Assembly: GCF_009914755.1 (NCBI RefSeq) | Contig: NC_060934.1 | Source of the DNA: the human T2T-CHM13v2.0 reference genome, Homo sapiens | Direction: 5' to 3' (one strand) | DNA length: 64,000 nucleotides | Shown: piece by piece, positions 10,736-22,894 of the stretch | How positions within the stretch are numbered: the stretch's first letter is position 1 | Layout: the number at the start of each line of letters is the position of its first letter | Notes under the pieces: generated by a model | What the model was told of the DNA's origin: nothing | Databases searched by the model: none | The model's input: only the letters and a program-made list of their open reading frames with translations | Translations under genes and position numbers: made by a program

Positions 10736-13700
10736 AGACAGGACGGTGAGAGAGTGGCTTGGGAAGGGGCGGGGTGGCTGTTTGGTCAGGGTGGTCAGGT
10801 TGACTGGGAAGTGGCTGTCAGCCTGAAGGAGGAAGCTGGGGGCAGAGCCTTCCCGCAGAAGAGATGGCAGGAGCAGGACGGCCGGCAAGATGGGTTCCAG
10901 GGTGGGTGTGGGCGAGCAGCGCCCGGGTAGAGCTCAGTGACATGGCCTGCATGGGCTGGTCACTGCGACTGAAGATGGAACCCTGCTGGGGAGGCGGCTT
11001 AGGTGGAGAGACAGACCCAAGAGCTCTGAGTCATTAATGCTGGGGGCGCCACCTGTCACGCAGTGGGTGCACCAGCCTGCGCTCAGGGCTGAGGTCTAGG
11101 AGTCATCGGCATAGAGATGGCGTCTGAGGCCACGGACTGGATAAGAACAGTTATGGGAGAGGGCTAAGGACTGAGCCGCTGGGCACCCCGACATTCATGG
11201 CCAGAAAGAAGAGCAGGTGCAGCCATGGAGGCAGGATGAGGACCAGCGAGGAGTCCGTTGTTCTGGAGACCAAGTGAGAGTTTCAGGAGGAGCTGCCAAC
11301 AAAGTCAACAGGGCCAGGAGATTGGATTAGGAATGGCATCTCCAGACGAGCATCTGCAGAGGGTCTGACAGGGTGCACTCAACTTGACCCTCAATGAAGC
11401 AGCATGTTACCCACTCCCAAAAGAACCCCTTGCTTCTCGTAAGCAGAGCTGTATTACCAAAAAATTGTACTCAACTATTGTATTTTGAATTCCATCTCTA
11501 AATATTTGTGGAACCTCTTTTCTCTGTGTTACATTAGTACCTAATATCCCTGTTTTTCCTCTTGGGCCCACAAAGTCTAATATTATTTACCATCTGGCCC
11601 TTTATGGAAACACTTCAGTCATCTTGAGCCAGAGCATGAAAGTGGAGGAGGCATTTTGAGAATGGATGAGGGGCCATGGGACACATAGGACCCAATGCAA
11701 GGTACAGTGGCTTCCTGAGGATCAGGGCATGGCAGCCTTGGGGGTGACCTCGTAGGTAGAGGCGCTGGTAGGCCTGAAACATTCTGGGAGTGGTCTTCGT
11801 GTGGCCTGGGGAAAGCTGGGGGTTCAGTTCCAGCCCAGCCTCCTCTTGGGGCTTGGTCTCTGAGGCAGATGGGGAGGTCATAGAGTGGAGTAGCTGGGGA
11901 GGAATGAGGGTATCTCACCAGAAATATGTCACTGTCCCCAGTATCGCCCCTCATGCCTGTTGCAGTTCTGAAATGCTTCAGGCAATGCTGTGATCAATGT
12001 CTTGTCTGTTTCTGATCAAAATCTGTCTGCTGCACTGCATGCAGGCAGGGACCAGCTCTGCTCTCCCAGGTGCCTCTAATACCAAGGACATGGCTGGCGA
12101 TCCCTCAATATTTGTTGGAAGAACCAGTGAAGGAATCAATGAATGAGCAAATGAACAATGTCCCACCCTCACCACAATGCCTGGCCCAATGACTCGTGCA
12201 TAGTAGATGTTCAGAAAATATTTGCTGAGAAAATTAAATTTTGGCTTTTTTACACTTTCTAGCTCAGGTGTATACGTTTGGTGCCTTTGAGGCCCTGGGC
12301 AAGGCCGAGCCCTGGGGTGGAGCAATGTGCTTCTGATGTGACTCAGGGCTCAGGGGACTCCTCACCGCAGCTAGCCCATCACAGCTAGCCCCTGAAGTCT
12401 GCCTTCAGGGAGGCGCAGACAACTCACGCCAGCCAGCCCAGGGCAGGGGCAATATCCGTGCCAGCAAGTCTCGGCTGAGAGAGCCTTTTGGCAGAAAAAG
12501 CCATGTTTATTTCCCTTGTTTCCCCCTAGAAATCCCAGTCATCACCTAGACCCCTGATGGGTTGAGCTGCAGAAAACCCTGGCCCAGGTGACCCCAAAAA
12601 CCACTGGCCTTCCCTGAGGGAACTTGAAAGGGGGGCATTTGAAATGGAGGGGAAGGAGAACTAACCCTTGAAATGTAGACAGGCTACTGAGGATGGAAGC
12701 CTGGGGCTGGTGCTGAGGGTATATAATGCAGCACTATGGTTAAAAGCACTGACTCGGAATGTCTGAGCTGCATTCTGCTCTCTTTCTGGGGATCTGAGCT
12801 GTGTGACCTCAGGCACGCATGCAGCCTCTCTGATCCTCAGTCTATATTTGTAAACTCTGAGACCCACTCATGAGCAAGACAGACCTGTGGGTGCAGAAAG
12901 GGCCTGTGGTGTACCCAAGGTTAAGAGATGGCTCTCCCAGGCTCTCTGCTGCGGAACTGGGCTTTGAATCCAGCTCACCTGGCTCCACTCAGGGCTCACC
13001 CTCTTCCCACACTGTCCTTGTCGGTGGCAGAGTTTGGTAGATGTAAATCATAGTCCCTTATGGTGGGAAAACAGTCGAAGGGGGATGGCTCATGACCTGG
13101 GGGAGATGGGCCAGGGTGCAGGGAGAGGCAGCTGGGATTTCCCCACCCTGATTCCCTGGCCCCCACCTTTCTCTGCCGTACCAGGAAGAGAATTCCTCAG
13201 GGGGCGTTGGGCCTCCGACCCTGGGCAAGTCACAAGGCTCAGGGAGGCCGAGGTTTCAGCCTCAGCTGAGACTTGCCCGCTTCTAGATCTGACCAGGACC
13301 TGACTTTAAAGGGGCCTTTCAAAGCATGCAGAGCTGAGGGTACACCCCAGAAAGCCCCCAGGATCCCCACTGGCCCTCAGGCCTGCCAAGGACCCTGCAT
13401 GAACCCGGCCTCCTCATGCTGCTGGCAGCTCTCCACTGTGGGAGAGGAGGCCTTTCACAGTCTCTGTGTCCCAGACACAGTGCCCAGCACCTATAGGGCA
13501 GTCAGCAGAGGCTGCCCAGGAGGGAGTAGACCAAGTCTCCTCCTTGCTTTGCCACAGGTTCAACAAGGAAGAACCCAGGTGCAAGCCTGAGCTGGGTCCT
13601 GGGTGCCCCATGGTAGGAGGACGCAGCCACTTGCAGGTGGCAATTTAGAGAGCCCTGTTGCTCCTCCCCAGAGTCTCTCGCAGGCCTGCTGCATTGCCTG

Positions 13701-14562
13701 AGAATCCCCACCTTCTGCCTTCGTACTCAGCCCTTACAGTCCAAGGTCAGCAACCTGTGCAGCCTGAGGCTCCCAGGATGGCCCACAGTGCTCAGCCTCC
13801 TGCCCTGGACCCGAGTAGGAGCAGGTTTGTAGAGGATACTGGGGATGAGCCAGGGGGCTGGGGACAGGGTTGGTGAGGACAGAGATGGTGGGGGTGAGTC
13901 CAGCCTGTAGCCATCAGTGAGACCAGACACCAGCCTTCCAAAGCCCAAAGCCACGAGGCTGGGGGCCACGGAGGTCACCAACCCCTGAATAGGGACTGGA
14001 AAATGTTCTAACTATTTCTCCAACTTTCATAAGCTGCTGCCTTTGAAGTCAACAACAGCTGAACTTCAAAGCAACTCAAAACTACCTAGGTGGCTGATGT
14101 GTGTAGTTTACACACATCCTGGAAAACTCACAAAGTAACTTCACAAGAATTTTTTAAAAAGTAAAAAGGTAAATAACTAGTAAGCACTCAAAAATTACTT
14201 CTACCAAGAGCTGGAGAAATTGTCCTGTCTCCATTGTGGGGGACAAGGCTGACTCTTGGAAACCAGGTGACCTTCCACGGGAAAAACACTGTGATGTGAA
14301 TTGAGGAGGAGGTGGGTCTGTGGCCTGACCCCTCGTGTCACCCTGTCCCACCTACTCCACTACCCCAGTCACAGGGCCTTGCCTGGACGGGAAGGTGCGC
14401 TGTCCCAAAATAGACGCATCCAGAAGCTCGGCCTTCTGCTGAGGGCAGCCCCCTCCCCACTCAGACCTGCCTGAGCTGTACAGTAGAGCACAGGGAACCA
14501 GCCACGGGGTACCTCCTCCATCCCACGCTTGGCTGACTGGCCAGCTCTCCACACCACCCTCC

Positions 14563-15030
14563 TGTGCTTGGCCGAATACGGGCCTTTGAAGATGTCCATG
14601 TCATAATCCCTAGAGCCTACAAATATGCTCCCTTCTATGGCAAAAGAGGCTTTGCAGATGTGATCCAGATATGGGGAGATGATCCCGGATTATCTGGTGG
14701 GCCCGGTGTCATCGAGAGGGTCCTTACGACACCAGGAGCATGAGGGTCAGAGAAGGCCATGTGATCTCTGAAGCAGAGGGAGAGAGTTAGACTTGAAGAT
14801 GCCATGCTTTTGACAACAGAGGAAAGAACCAGGAGCCATGAGAGCAGGCAGCCTCTCAAAGCTGGAAAAGGTAGGAAAACACTCCCTTTGAGCCCCTGGA
14901 AGGAACCAGTCCTGCTCATCACTTGAATTTAGCCCAGTGAGACCAACTTCAGACTTCTGGCCTCCAGCACTGTAAGATCATAAACTTCTGTTGCTTTGAG
15001 CCACTAAGTTTGGGGTGATTTATAGTAGCT
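14563..15030 (+). mobile_element. MaLR LTR (MLT1D-like)
   Basis: ggcaaaagaggctttgcagatgtgat...ggattatctggtgggccc...cagacttctggcctccag...gccactaagtttgggg. Confidence 0.75.
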
Positions 15031-15392
15031 GCTGTAGTTTGGATGTGTGTACCCCAAACCTCATGTTGAAATCTGATCCCCAGTGTTGGGGTCATGGGGG
15101 CAGAGCTCGCAAGAATAGCTTGGTGCCATCCTGGGGGTAGTGAGTTGTTGCTCTATTTGTTCCCGCAAAAGCAGGTTGTTAAAAAGAGCCTGGCACCTCC
15201 CTCCCCCGGCCCTGCCCTCCCCTGTGACCTCTGCGCAGCCCGCCCTCTTCACCTTCCGCCAGGCGTGAAGCAGCCTGAGGCTTTCACCCAATGCTCAATC
15301 CTTAGCCAGCAGAATCGTGAGCCAAACAAGCCTTTTTTCCTTTATACATTTCCAGCCTCAGGTACTCCTTTATAGCAACATAAATTCACAAA
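15030..15392 (+). mobile_element. MaLR LTR (MST-like) adjoining or nested in the MLT1
   Basis: tgctgtagtttggatgt...ctcatgttgaaatctgatccccagtgttgg...cagcctcaggtactcctttatagcaaca. Confidence 0.75.
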
Positions 15393-16102
15393 GCTCCCAG
15401 GCCGACAGCTGTTCCGGCCGATGCAGCTTCTGCCCCACGGGACCTATTCTGTCTCTGCTGCTCTGCAGGGAACCTTGCCCGGTGAAGTACTGGGAAAACC
15501 CGATTCATCAGAGTGATGTTTTCCTATCAGTCCCCATGGGATCCACCTCACCATAGGCAGCACAGCTGCCTGGAGGGTGAGATTTCTGGAGTAACAGGAA
15601 AATAGTCACCCACATAATCCCTGTCTCCACACTCAGGGATCCTTGGAGTTCCTCCACCTGGAGCACAGCCTTTGCTTCAGTTCCCAAATAGGGTCATTTT
15701 GTGGGGAAGAGGCATACTCCTCATCAGGATCCTTCCCGAGGGCTGGTTTCTCGGTGGGGAGTGGGTGGCCTCACGGGAGAGGCTTTCAGAGGAAATCTGA
15801 AATGGAGGGAGGTCATACCCTCAGCCCTCAAAGATGCACCCCAGCCGTCCTGCTCCTGACTCCCACCCGTCCTCCATTCCCTGCTGGGTAAAGCCATTCC
15901 TGACCCTCGCAGGAAAAGATGGGGTCTTCCCTATTTCCAGCCTGGACACACCTGCCCCCTACCTCAACACACCACTGTGGGAGGTGGTGCTGGGGAGAAG
16001 GCTCCCCCAGGAAGGTCTGCCCAGAACTGGGGGACCCACCATGGTCCACGCTGTGCTCAGGATGGCCCAGCTTTCAGAGCCCTAAGCCTGAGATGTCCCC
16101 TC

Positions 16103-16466
16103 TGTATGGGCTGAAAAGTGTGCCCCAAATTCGTATGTTGAAGTCCCAATCTCGAGTACCTCAGAATGTCACTGCATTTGCAGATAAAGTTGTTTAAAGA
16201 GATGATGAGGTTAAGATGAGGCTGTCAGAGCACGCCTTCATCCACTCCGACTGGTGTCCTTATAAGGAGAGGAAGAGGCAGCAGGGGTGTGTGTGTGTGG
16301 CCACATGAACACACAGAGAGAATCAGCCATCAGCAAGCCAAGGACAGAGACCCCCAGAGAAACCAGCCCTGCAGCACCTTGATCTCGGGTCTCTGGCCTC
16401 CAGACTGAGAAAATCAGTTTCCGTTGTTTGTGGTCTTTTGTCCTGGCTGCCCCACCTGAGTGCACA
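16103..16466 (+). mobile_element. MaLR LTR (MLT1B-like)
   Basis: tgtatgggctgaa...ccccaaattcgtatgttgaagtcc...ggtgtccttataagg...cagccctgcagcaccttgatct. Confidence 0.75.
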
Positions 16467-16923
16467 CCACACCTCCTTCTGCGGGCTTGCCCTCAGCAAT
16501 AAGGACATGTGCCAGAGACACCAGGGGTCTCAAACTCACAGCTGCCAGGGGCCAGGCAGGCCACCGGAATGAGGCCTGTGGTCACTTAACCTTCAAATTT
16601 GAAGGTCTGAAGACAACGCTAGGCCTGACTGTGGCTGGGCCAGACCTCCCACCCTGACTCACACCCCAACAGGACTCGCACAGGGAGTCCCTGCTAACAT
16701 CTGAATCCTTTTCTCTCTGGTCTTGAGTTTTCTTCTGCCTGTTGCTCGCACAATCACACCTCGTCTCTCAGCAGCCAGCACAGCTGTAACTCCTCTTTAC
16801 ACAGAGCCTGCACAACTCGAGCAGGTGCGACACTAAACCACTGCGATTCACTCATGCACCAGGAAGAGCTTGGCTGCAGAGGAAGAGCACGCGCTCCACA
16901 GGCGTCACTCTTATGGGTCCATC

Positions 16924-16929
16924 TTTAAT
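16924..16929 (-). terminator. Probable main poly(A) signal ATTAAA
   Basis: Plus-strand tttaat at 16924-16929, with TGTA motifs upstream and GT-rich sequence downstream on the minus strand. Confidence 0.5.
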
Positions 16930-17533
16930 TATGTTAAATATTAATAAAAGTACAGCGTAACTGCGATTCACTTAACATACCTTACAGGACTAAGGGAGTA
17001 CAATTTAACACGGTCACAACTTTTGAGAACAAAAAGGAACTTCAATACCATGTTGTGAGAAATGCTCCAATTTGCTTTGGTTTTGAATGGCAGGCTCGAG
17101 AACCACCGCCCAGAACGGAACCTATTCTGTCAGCAAGAGCCGGGCCTCGAATGAGAGGAAGCAGAGGCAGCCGAAGTGCCCTCTGGAGAGAAAGGCCCCT
17201 GGAGGGAAAAACCATGTCTGGATGGCATTGAGTGGCACAGAAGGGATGGGACTGCATATATAAAAAAGATCCGCATAATAAACCAAATAATATTGGAAAT
17301 AATACCTTCAGTAATACTTCTGTAAGAAGCAGAATTACACCACATGTTATTCACATGCATAGGAGTGCATAAGAAAAATCCCTTGTTGTAATTATGGTTG
17401 GTGTGGAATAGTAAAATATGTACTGAAAATGACAAGTTAATTGGCAGAGAAATTAATCTATAAAAGGGTTGTGTCCAGAGCGGAGGAGCCTCATTAGCAA
17501 CTGAACAGAACCCACTCAGAAGACGCACTCACC

Positions 17534-17568
17534 CACACGTGCGCGTACACACACACACACGCGCGCAC
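17534..17568. repeat. Alternating purine-pyrimidine tract (CA/CG) in the CHST15 3' UTR
   Basis: cacacgtgcgcgtacacacacacacacgcgcgcac, 35 bp of perfect RY alternation. Confidence 0.85.
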
Positions 17569-18837
17569 TGTACTGCAAATAAATATACACACACACTGAA
17601 GTGATCTCTCCCTAAAGCATCCTTGTGCTCAGGCCAGATTTCCCTGCTGGCGGCTGCTCCCAGTGCCGGCTATAGAGAAGGTGGGGACTGTCCCTGCAAG
17701 TGGGAGTTCAGGACACACGCTCCTTCAGTAGCAAAAACAGCCCTGGCCATCCTGGCGCTCAGAGCCCTCTGCACACCTTCGAACGGGCTGTGTGTCCCTT
17801 CTCTGATGGCAGAAAGACAACACCAGCAGAAAGACGGCTGAACAACTGCAGATCCTCCTACCCCCGAAGCCTGGTCTGTCTCACACATACAAGTTAGAGC
17901 TGGGTAGACGGGTGCTTGCACTTTCTGGCTTTGGTGGGCGAGACCTTGGCCTGAGAACTTTGGTTCACAGGAAGCTTCCCTTGACAATACTTGAGTGCAA
18001 AGCTTCATCCAGGTCCCACCTGGGCTGTTGCCAAGGATGCTCAAGCGTTCTCTTCAATCTTCCCTGTGACTTCCAAGAAACGACAAGATCTCTAGCCCAT
18101 CCATCGGTAAACCAAGCTGCCAAGTGGCCTGGAAAATTCCATGAAGAACACGGCTCTTAGAAACCTCATTCCAAATCTCAACACGCCACGTTCAGCCCAA
18201 GTTCAGCTTGTGCATTGTGTTTTGGAATTGGGACACGAGTATCTATAGTCCCTTGCTGGGTGAGGAACTTTGACCACACGCAGTGGAGAATGTGGAAATA
18301 AACTATTTCCAATGGGAAGGCAGAGAAATGGAGCCTGTAGCCGGCCAGAACTAAAAATTAAAATCCTCTGTTTCTCTGATGATCTTGTAAACCTGATGAG
18401 GGCTTGAATTACCTAGATTTTCCAAGAAGTGTTCAATTCCTTGAGGTTGCTCATTCTGGCATTAACAGCAAAAATTTCTCTTCCAATTATAAACTGAAGT
18501 TCTTGAGAAAACGTATGAAGAGGCAGCAGAGAGAGAGCCAGGACTGGTTAAATGCAGAAAGTGGTTTTGTTTTAAACGCATTCATTTTCTATGTTAAACA
18601 TAAGTCCACAAGGACAGAATAGGAGGAGGTCAGAAAGATGAAGGTGCTGCCAAAAACTGACTTATTTTTTTCCTTTTGGAAACAGTGACGTTAACAGGGT
18701 TTACATCTGAAGAAACTGGAGGGCTGAGTTTGGAGTAAAGGAGAAAAAAAAAATGAAGAGCCTCCATTCTCGAAAGACTGCGGTTCTCTGTCCCAGTGAG
18801 GTTAGCGATCGCAACAAGAGTGTTTCAGAAGTGAATG

Positions 18838-18922
18838 TGGTATGATCACACCTGTGAAGATAGCCATTGAATACAGACAGTCTGTGCAACACGGCGAGAC
18901 CCCATCTCTAGGGGGAAAAAAA
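18838..18922 (+). mobile_element. FAM/7SL-derived fragment in the 3' UTR (antisense to mRNA)
   Basis: tatgatcacacctgtgaagatagccattg...gcaacacggcgagaccccatctct resembles the 7SL/FAM 3' end. Confidence 0.6.
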
Positions 18923-19350
18923 GGGAACGTGAAGTGTAAGTTCCAGCCAGGCCTGTGGCATGACCTCTGGCTTGCTGACTCAGAACCCAGAGGCTCTCCA
19001 GAAGGCGGAGGCGGGCAGGGCCAGGCTGCCTTCCCTAGGTGTTCTCTCCACACCCAGTGCAGGCCAGCTGGCTGCATCCCCAAGCTCCAGGACGCTCAGA
19101 GCAGAGCTGAATTCTTGAGAAACTGGGGTCTCCAATGGCCTCGGATAGAGGAGCTCTGTGAGGGGTCCATTGCTGAGCTCTCGAACATCACGAAGGAAAT
19201 TCCAAAATGGTTATAATTCATGTGTGCCTAGAGTGGCAGAGTCCTGGGGTTTTCCATACCATGAGTGAAACAGTTCCCCGCAAAGAGATTTGTAAAATCC
19301 TGATGATGACGGCATTGGCGGGCCCAGCACGTGCAGCAACAATTCAGCTC

Positions 19351-19541
19351 TCACGTCGTCTTCCACGCAAACGCCTCATCCGCGAGGACCTGCGCCAGCC
19401 TAGCGTTGAAGGGCCTGTAGAAATCCCGCAGAATCTTCTGTGTGATGGGCCACATGGGCCCCAGGTTCCGGTCCTCGGGACGCCGTGCATTGGATGCGGG
19501 GCTCTTGGTCATCAAAGCCTCCTGCTTCTCACTTAAGGGCC
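19351..19541 (-). CDS. CHST15: CHST15 last coding exon (exon 8, 191 coding bp)
   Basis: Acceptor cttcttttattctag|GG; (G)PLSEKQEALM...ILRDFYRPFNARLAQVLADEAFAWKTT*; TGA at 19353-19351. Confidence 0.96.
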
Positions 19542-20145
19542 CTAGAATAAAAGAAGACGAGTCCCGTAAGGCAGGAGGCATGGCAGGAAGTAAAAGGGAC
19601 TTTGCAAAAATCCCAGCTATGCTTCGTATTCAGACAGGAGTTTCCTTTAAGAGAACATATTTAGGGATTAAAATTCTTTGGCTGGATCCATTTTGGAAGC
19701 ACTGAGGGAGGAAGGTGGAAACACCATCAGGAAATTGCGAAGAAATTCTGCGGCGGGTGCAGGATGCCCACCCTCGGGGGAGCCCAGCTGGCATTTAATG
19801 ATGATACAGCGTCTAAGGCTGACCTCAAGGATTCCCTTCCAATTGCCCTTGGTGGGCTGCTCTCCATGGGTGTCAGCCCGTCCTTGGAGGAACGTGCGGC
19901 CTGCCGAGCACAGCCCACGGGTTTCGGTTTTCCTGCTCAGCAGCCCTCTGGAATTCCGCCATCATCGTTTCTACTTCAGGCTGCTCATGCCAAGGTCCCT
20001 GGGCCTGCACAGTTTCACCCTGTGCGTCTTGCTGTGAAGTGGCCATAGGGAGGAGGGCTGGGAGGAGGCCACTTGTGCCCAGAGCCCCCACTGGCTGAAC
20101 CTCCATCTGCAGCAAGGAGATCAGGGAGAAGAGGCCTGCCGGCAA

Positions 20146-20368
20146 GGGCTGTCAGTCACCCCCACGCCCCGCCCTCTGGAGTGAGGCGAGGCCCTGGAAC
20201 AGGCTGGCAGAGGTTGTCAGTCACCGCCACGCCCCGCCCTCTGGAGTGAGGAGAGGCCCTGGAAAAGGCCGGGAGGGGCTGTCAGTCACGCACACGCCCC
20301 GCCCTCTGGAGTGAGAGGCCCTGAAACAGAACAGCAAGGGCTGCGACCCCAACGCCCCGCCCTCTGGG
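20146..20368. repeat. ~65-bp tandem repeat (3.5 copies) in the last CHST15 intron
   Basis: tgtcagtcac at 20150, 20215 and 20280; each unit has acgccccgccctctgg. Confidence 0.9.
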
Positions 20369-21534
20369 CCACAGCTTCTTGGTGTAACCCATCACTGCTC
20401 AAGCCTCTTTACCGGGGGCTCTTGGGATCTGGCCAAAGTCCTTAGCCCATAGACAGAAAAAGCATGTCCCAGCATCCTAGGGCCATATGAAACACAGAAT
20501 TGGCCTTACTATCCATCTTGGGGACAAAAGACAAGCTCATTAATGGGACAGAGTCAACATGTGGTCAAATCAAAGAAAGATGATTCTAAGCCTTGGAAGG
20601 GAAAGAACTCATCAAACTCCAAAAAAAGGAGAAACAAAATCAAATGATCAAAGAGGCCCAAGTCCCAGTGGCAGGCAGATATATTTTCAGAAATACTCAA
20701 TTAACCAAGTTCCCGGGCAAGACCATTAGTCAGGGCTGCAGGAGGCGTTCTGGGAAGGAGGGCGGCTTGTTCGAGCCTGCTCAGCCTTTCAAGCCATCCC
20801 TTGGTGCCCCGTCCACATGGGCAGCACTCGCTCCGCCAGCACATGCCTCTGCCAGCCATCACCATAGTCAGCAGTGTGGCCTGTCACCACAAAGTGACTC
20901 TCAGGCCCCTGGGGGGGCTGGTATCCACAGGCTGAGGGCAGGCGCTCATGCCCCAGGGGCCCAGCATCCATGATCAGCAGCCAAAACTCAGCCACACGGC
21001 TCTGACTCCTGGAATTTCCAAGAATACCGGAGATGATGCAATGATCTGTCTGTTCCCTCCTCTAAGCCCCAAGTCCTCTGCTCCAGCCCCCCGGTGACAT
21101 CCTGTTGGTCCTACAAAGCTCAGCTCTCAGGCCCTTTCCTTCCATGAAGCCTTCCTCATCCGTGCAGTAGCTGGGATCCCAAACCATCAGCACATACCTT
21201 ACATGACAGTGCTGACCTTCCCCACGGCATCCTACCTGTCATTCAGTTAGGTGAGCTATGGCTTCCTCCTCTCCCTTCACTAGACCATAAGCTCCCAGAA
21301 GGGAAACCATCTCCTTCTCTCCAGAGAATCCCTCACCATACTGTGCACAATGACCTATGTACAGCTAGTGCTCAATAAATGGTACTTAACAGGCCTCCTG
21401 AAGGACATCCCCAGGCCTCCCAGCTCAGCCCATTCCCACCCAGCTGACCAGGTCTGCATTTGCCCCAGAGGACTCCCAGAACAAGTCCACGGAGCTCATG
21501 CTTTGGCCCGTCAGTCTAAGCACCACACTCATAC

Positions 21535-21682
21535 CTAGGTTCAGAAACTGGAAGACCTTGTGCATGGTGTACTTGACGTTGGATGCATGATCTTCCAGGC
21601 GAAGAATGAGAAACTGTTGCTTGTCAAAAACGCTGAGCCAGTCCAGAAGGTACACAGCATAGAGCCCAACCTGGAGCCTCAC
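21535..21682 (-). CDS. CHST15: CHST15 exon 7 (148 bp)
   Basis: Acceptor ggtcctag|GTG; VRLQVGLYAVYLLDWLSVFDKQQFLILRLED...VFQFLNL; donor G|GTATGA. Confidence 0.96.
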
Positions 21683-22297
21683 CTAGGACCACAGAAGAAG
21701 GGCATTATTTCAGGAGCAGTTGCCCCAACACCATAGGGCACTTTTCCAAAGTGGTATGGCATTTCACTGTACCACAAAAGAGTTATCCTAGCAAAGTTAC
21801 TTTCAGAAGCTGGATTTTAACACAAGGTGTTCTTGCTTCTTTATGGGGGGTTTTGTGCTACATGTGCAAAGAATTCCTATATTAGGGGTTGCATTTCATC
21901 CTCACAACACCCTGTGGGTAGCGCCATGCCTCCATTTCACAGGTAAGGACTGAAGTGCAGGGAAGAGGTCAAGGTTGTGGCCACCAATGGTGTACATGTT
22001 CCTCGCACAATATCCTGGCTGTTTCTCTGTTCCCAGTGTGACCTCTATGCCCAGCACACAACGGGATGTGAAAAATCAACCACAGACACCCCAAAGACAA
22101 CCTACATGAGTGAAGAGCCAAATGCCTGATGCCAGAGGAACATCCTTGACTGTGAGGGTGTGTGTAATTCAGCATCTAATCATTACTGAACCAAGTACAC
22201 AGGAGGATGTTTCTATTTAAGTCCTTTCTACTTTCCAGTACCCATTTCCCGGGTCTTCACCCTTCTGTTCCTTCTCTCGTGCCTTACTGCAAGCCGT

Positions 22298-22894
22298 GTG
22301 GTGAAGATTTAACTCTACTCAGAGAGAACTCGGGCCTTTCCCTCGGCTCCTGGGGGTGATGTCTGGGCCCCTGGATGTCCTGCCTGACAGAAGTGTCTTG
22401 GTTGGCCTGAGGGCTTTGGTCATAGGCAGGCTAACACTGAGATTGATGATGGGGCCTTGGGCCACATGGTATCAGTTCTGACTCTGGTAGGACTGGAGAC
22501 TAAAGGTCAGCCACAGCATCTGCATGTGACGGAACCCTAGTAAAAGGCCTGGACCCCCAAGGCTTGGCCTGGCAATACTCCACGAGGATTGCCACATACC
22601 ATGGCCAGTGGCACTAACACCGTCCATGACTCCACAGGGAGAGGAGGACTCAGAGCTCCGCATTTGGGCCCCTCCTGGAGTCTGCCCCCTGCACTTCCTC
22701 TCCCTTGGCTGATTTTAATCTTCATCCTTTCCCTGTAATAAATCATAACCAATAGTGTAATAGCCTCCAGTGTGTTCTGAGAATCCTTCTGGAAAATTAC
22801 TAAACCTGAAGGTGGGTTGGAGAATATCTCTCCTGAACTTGCAACTGGTGTCAGAAGTGAGAGCAGTCTTAGGAACAGTTTCCTCTAACTCCAC
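22298..22894 (+). mobile_element. ERVL-type solo LTR (MER77/MER68/MER21 group)
   Basis: TG...CA ends; cccttggctgattttaatc...ctgtaataaatcataacc; ctggtgtcagaagtgag. Confidence 0.65.

Larger units (their letters stand above)
16900..19350 (-). other. CHST15: CHST15 3' UTR (about 2.4 kb)
   Basis: Follows the stop codon; repeat-poor, with an AU-rich distal part; ends near a minus-strand ATTAAA; exact end uncertain. Confidence 0.7.

Noticed and set aside
18838-18922. Functional 7SL/SRP RNA gene
   Set aside because: Only a diverged 3' fragment; no S domain or intact Pol III promoter
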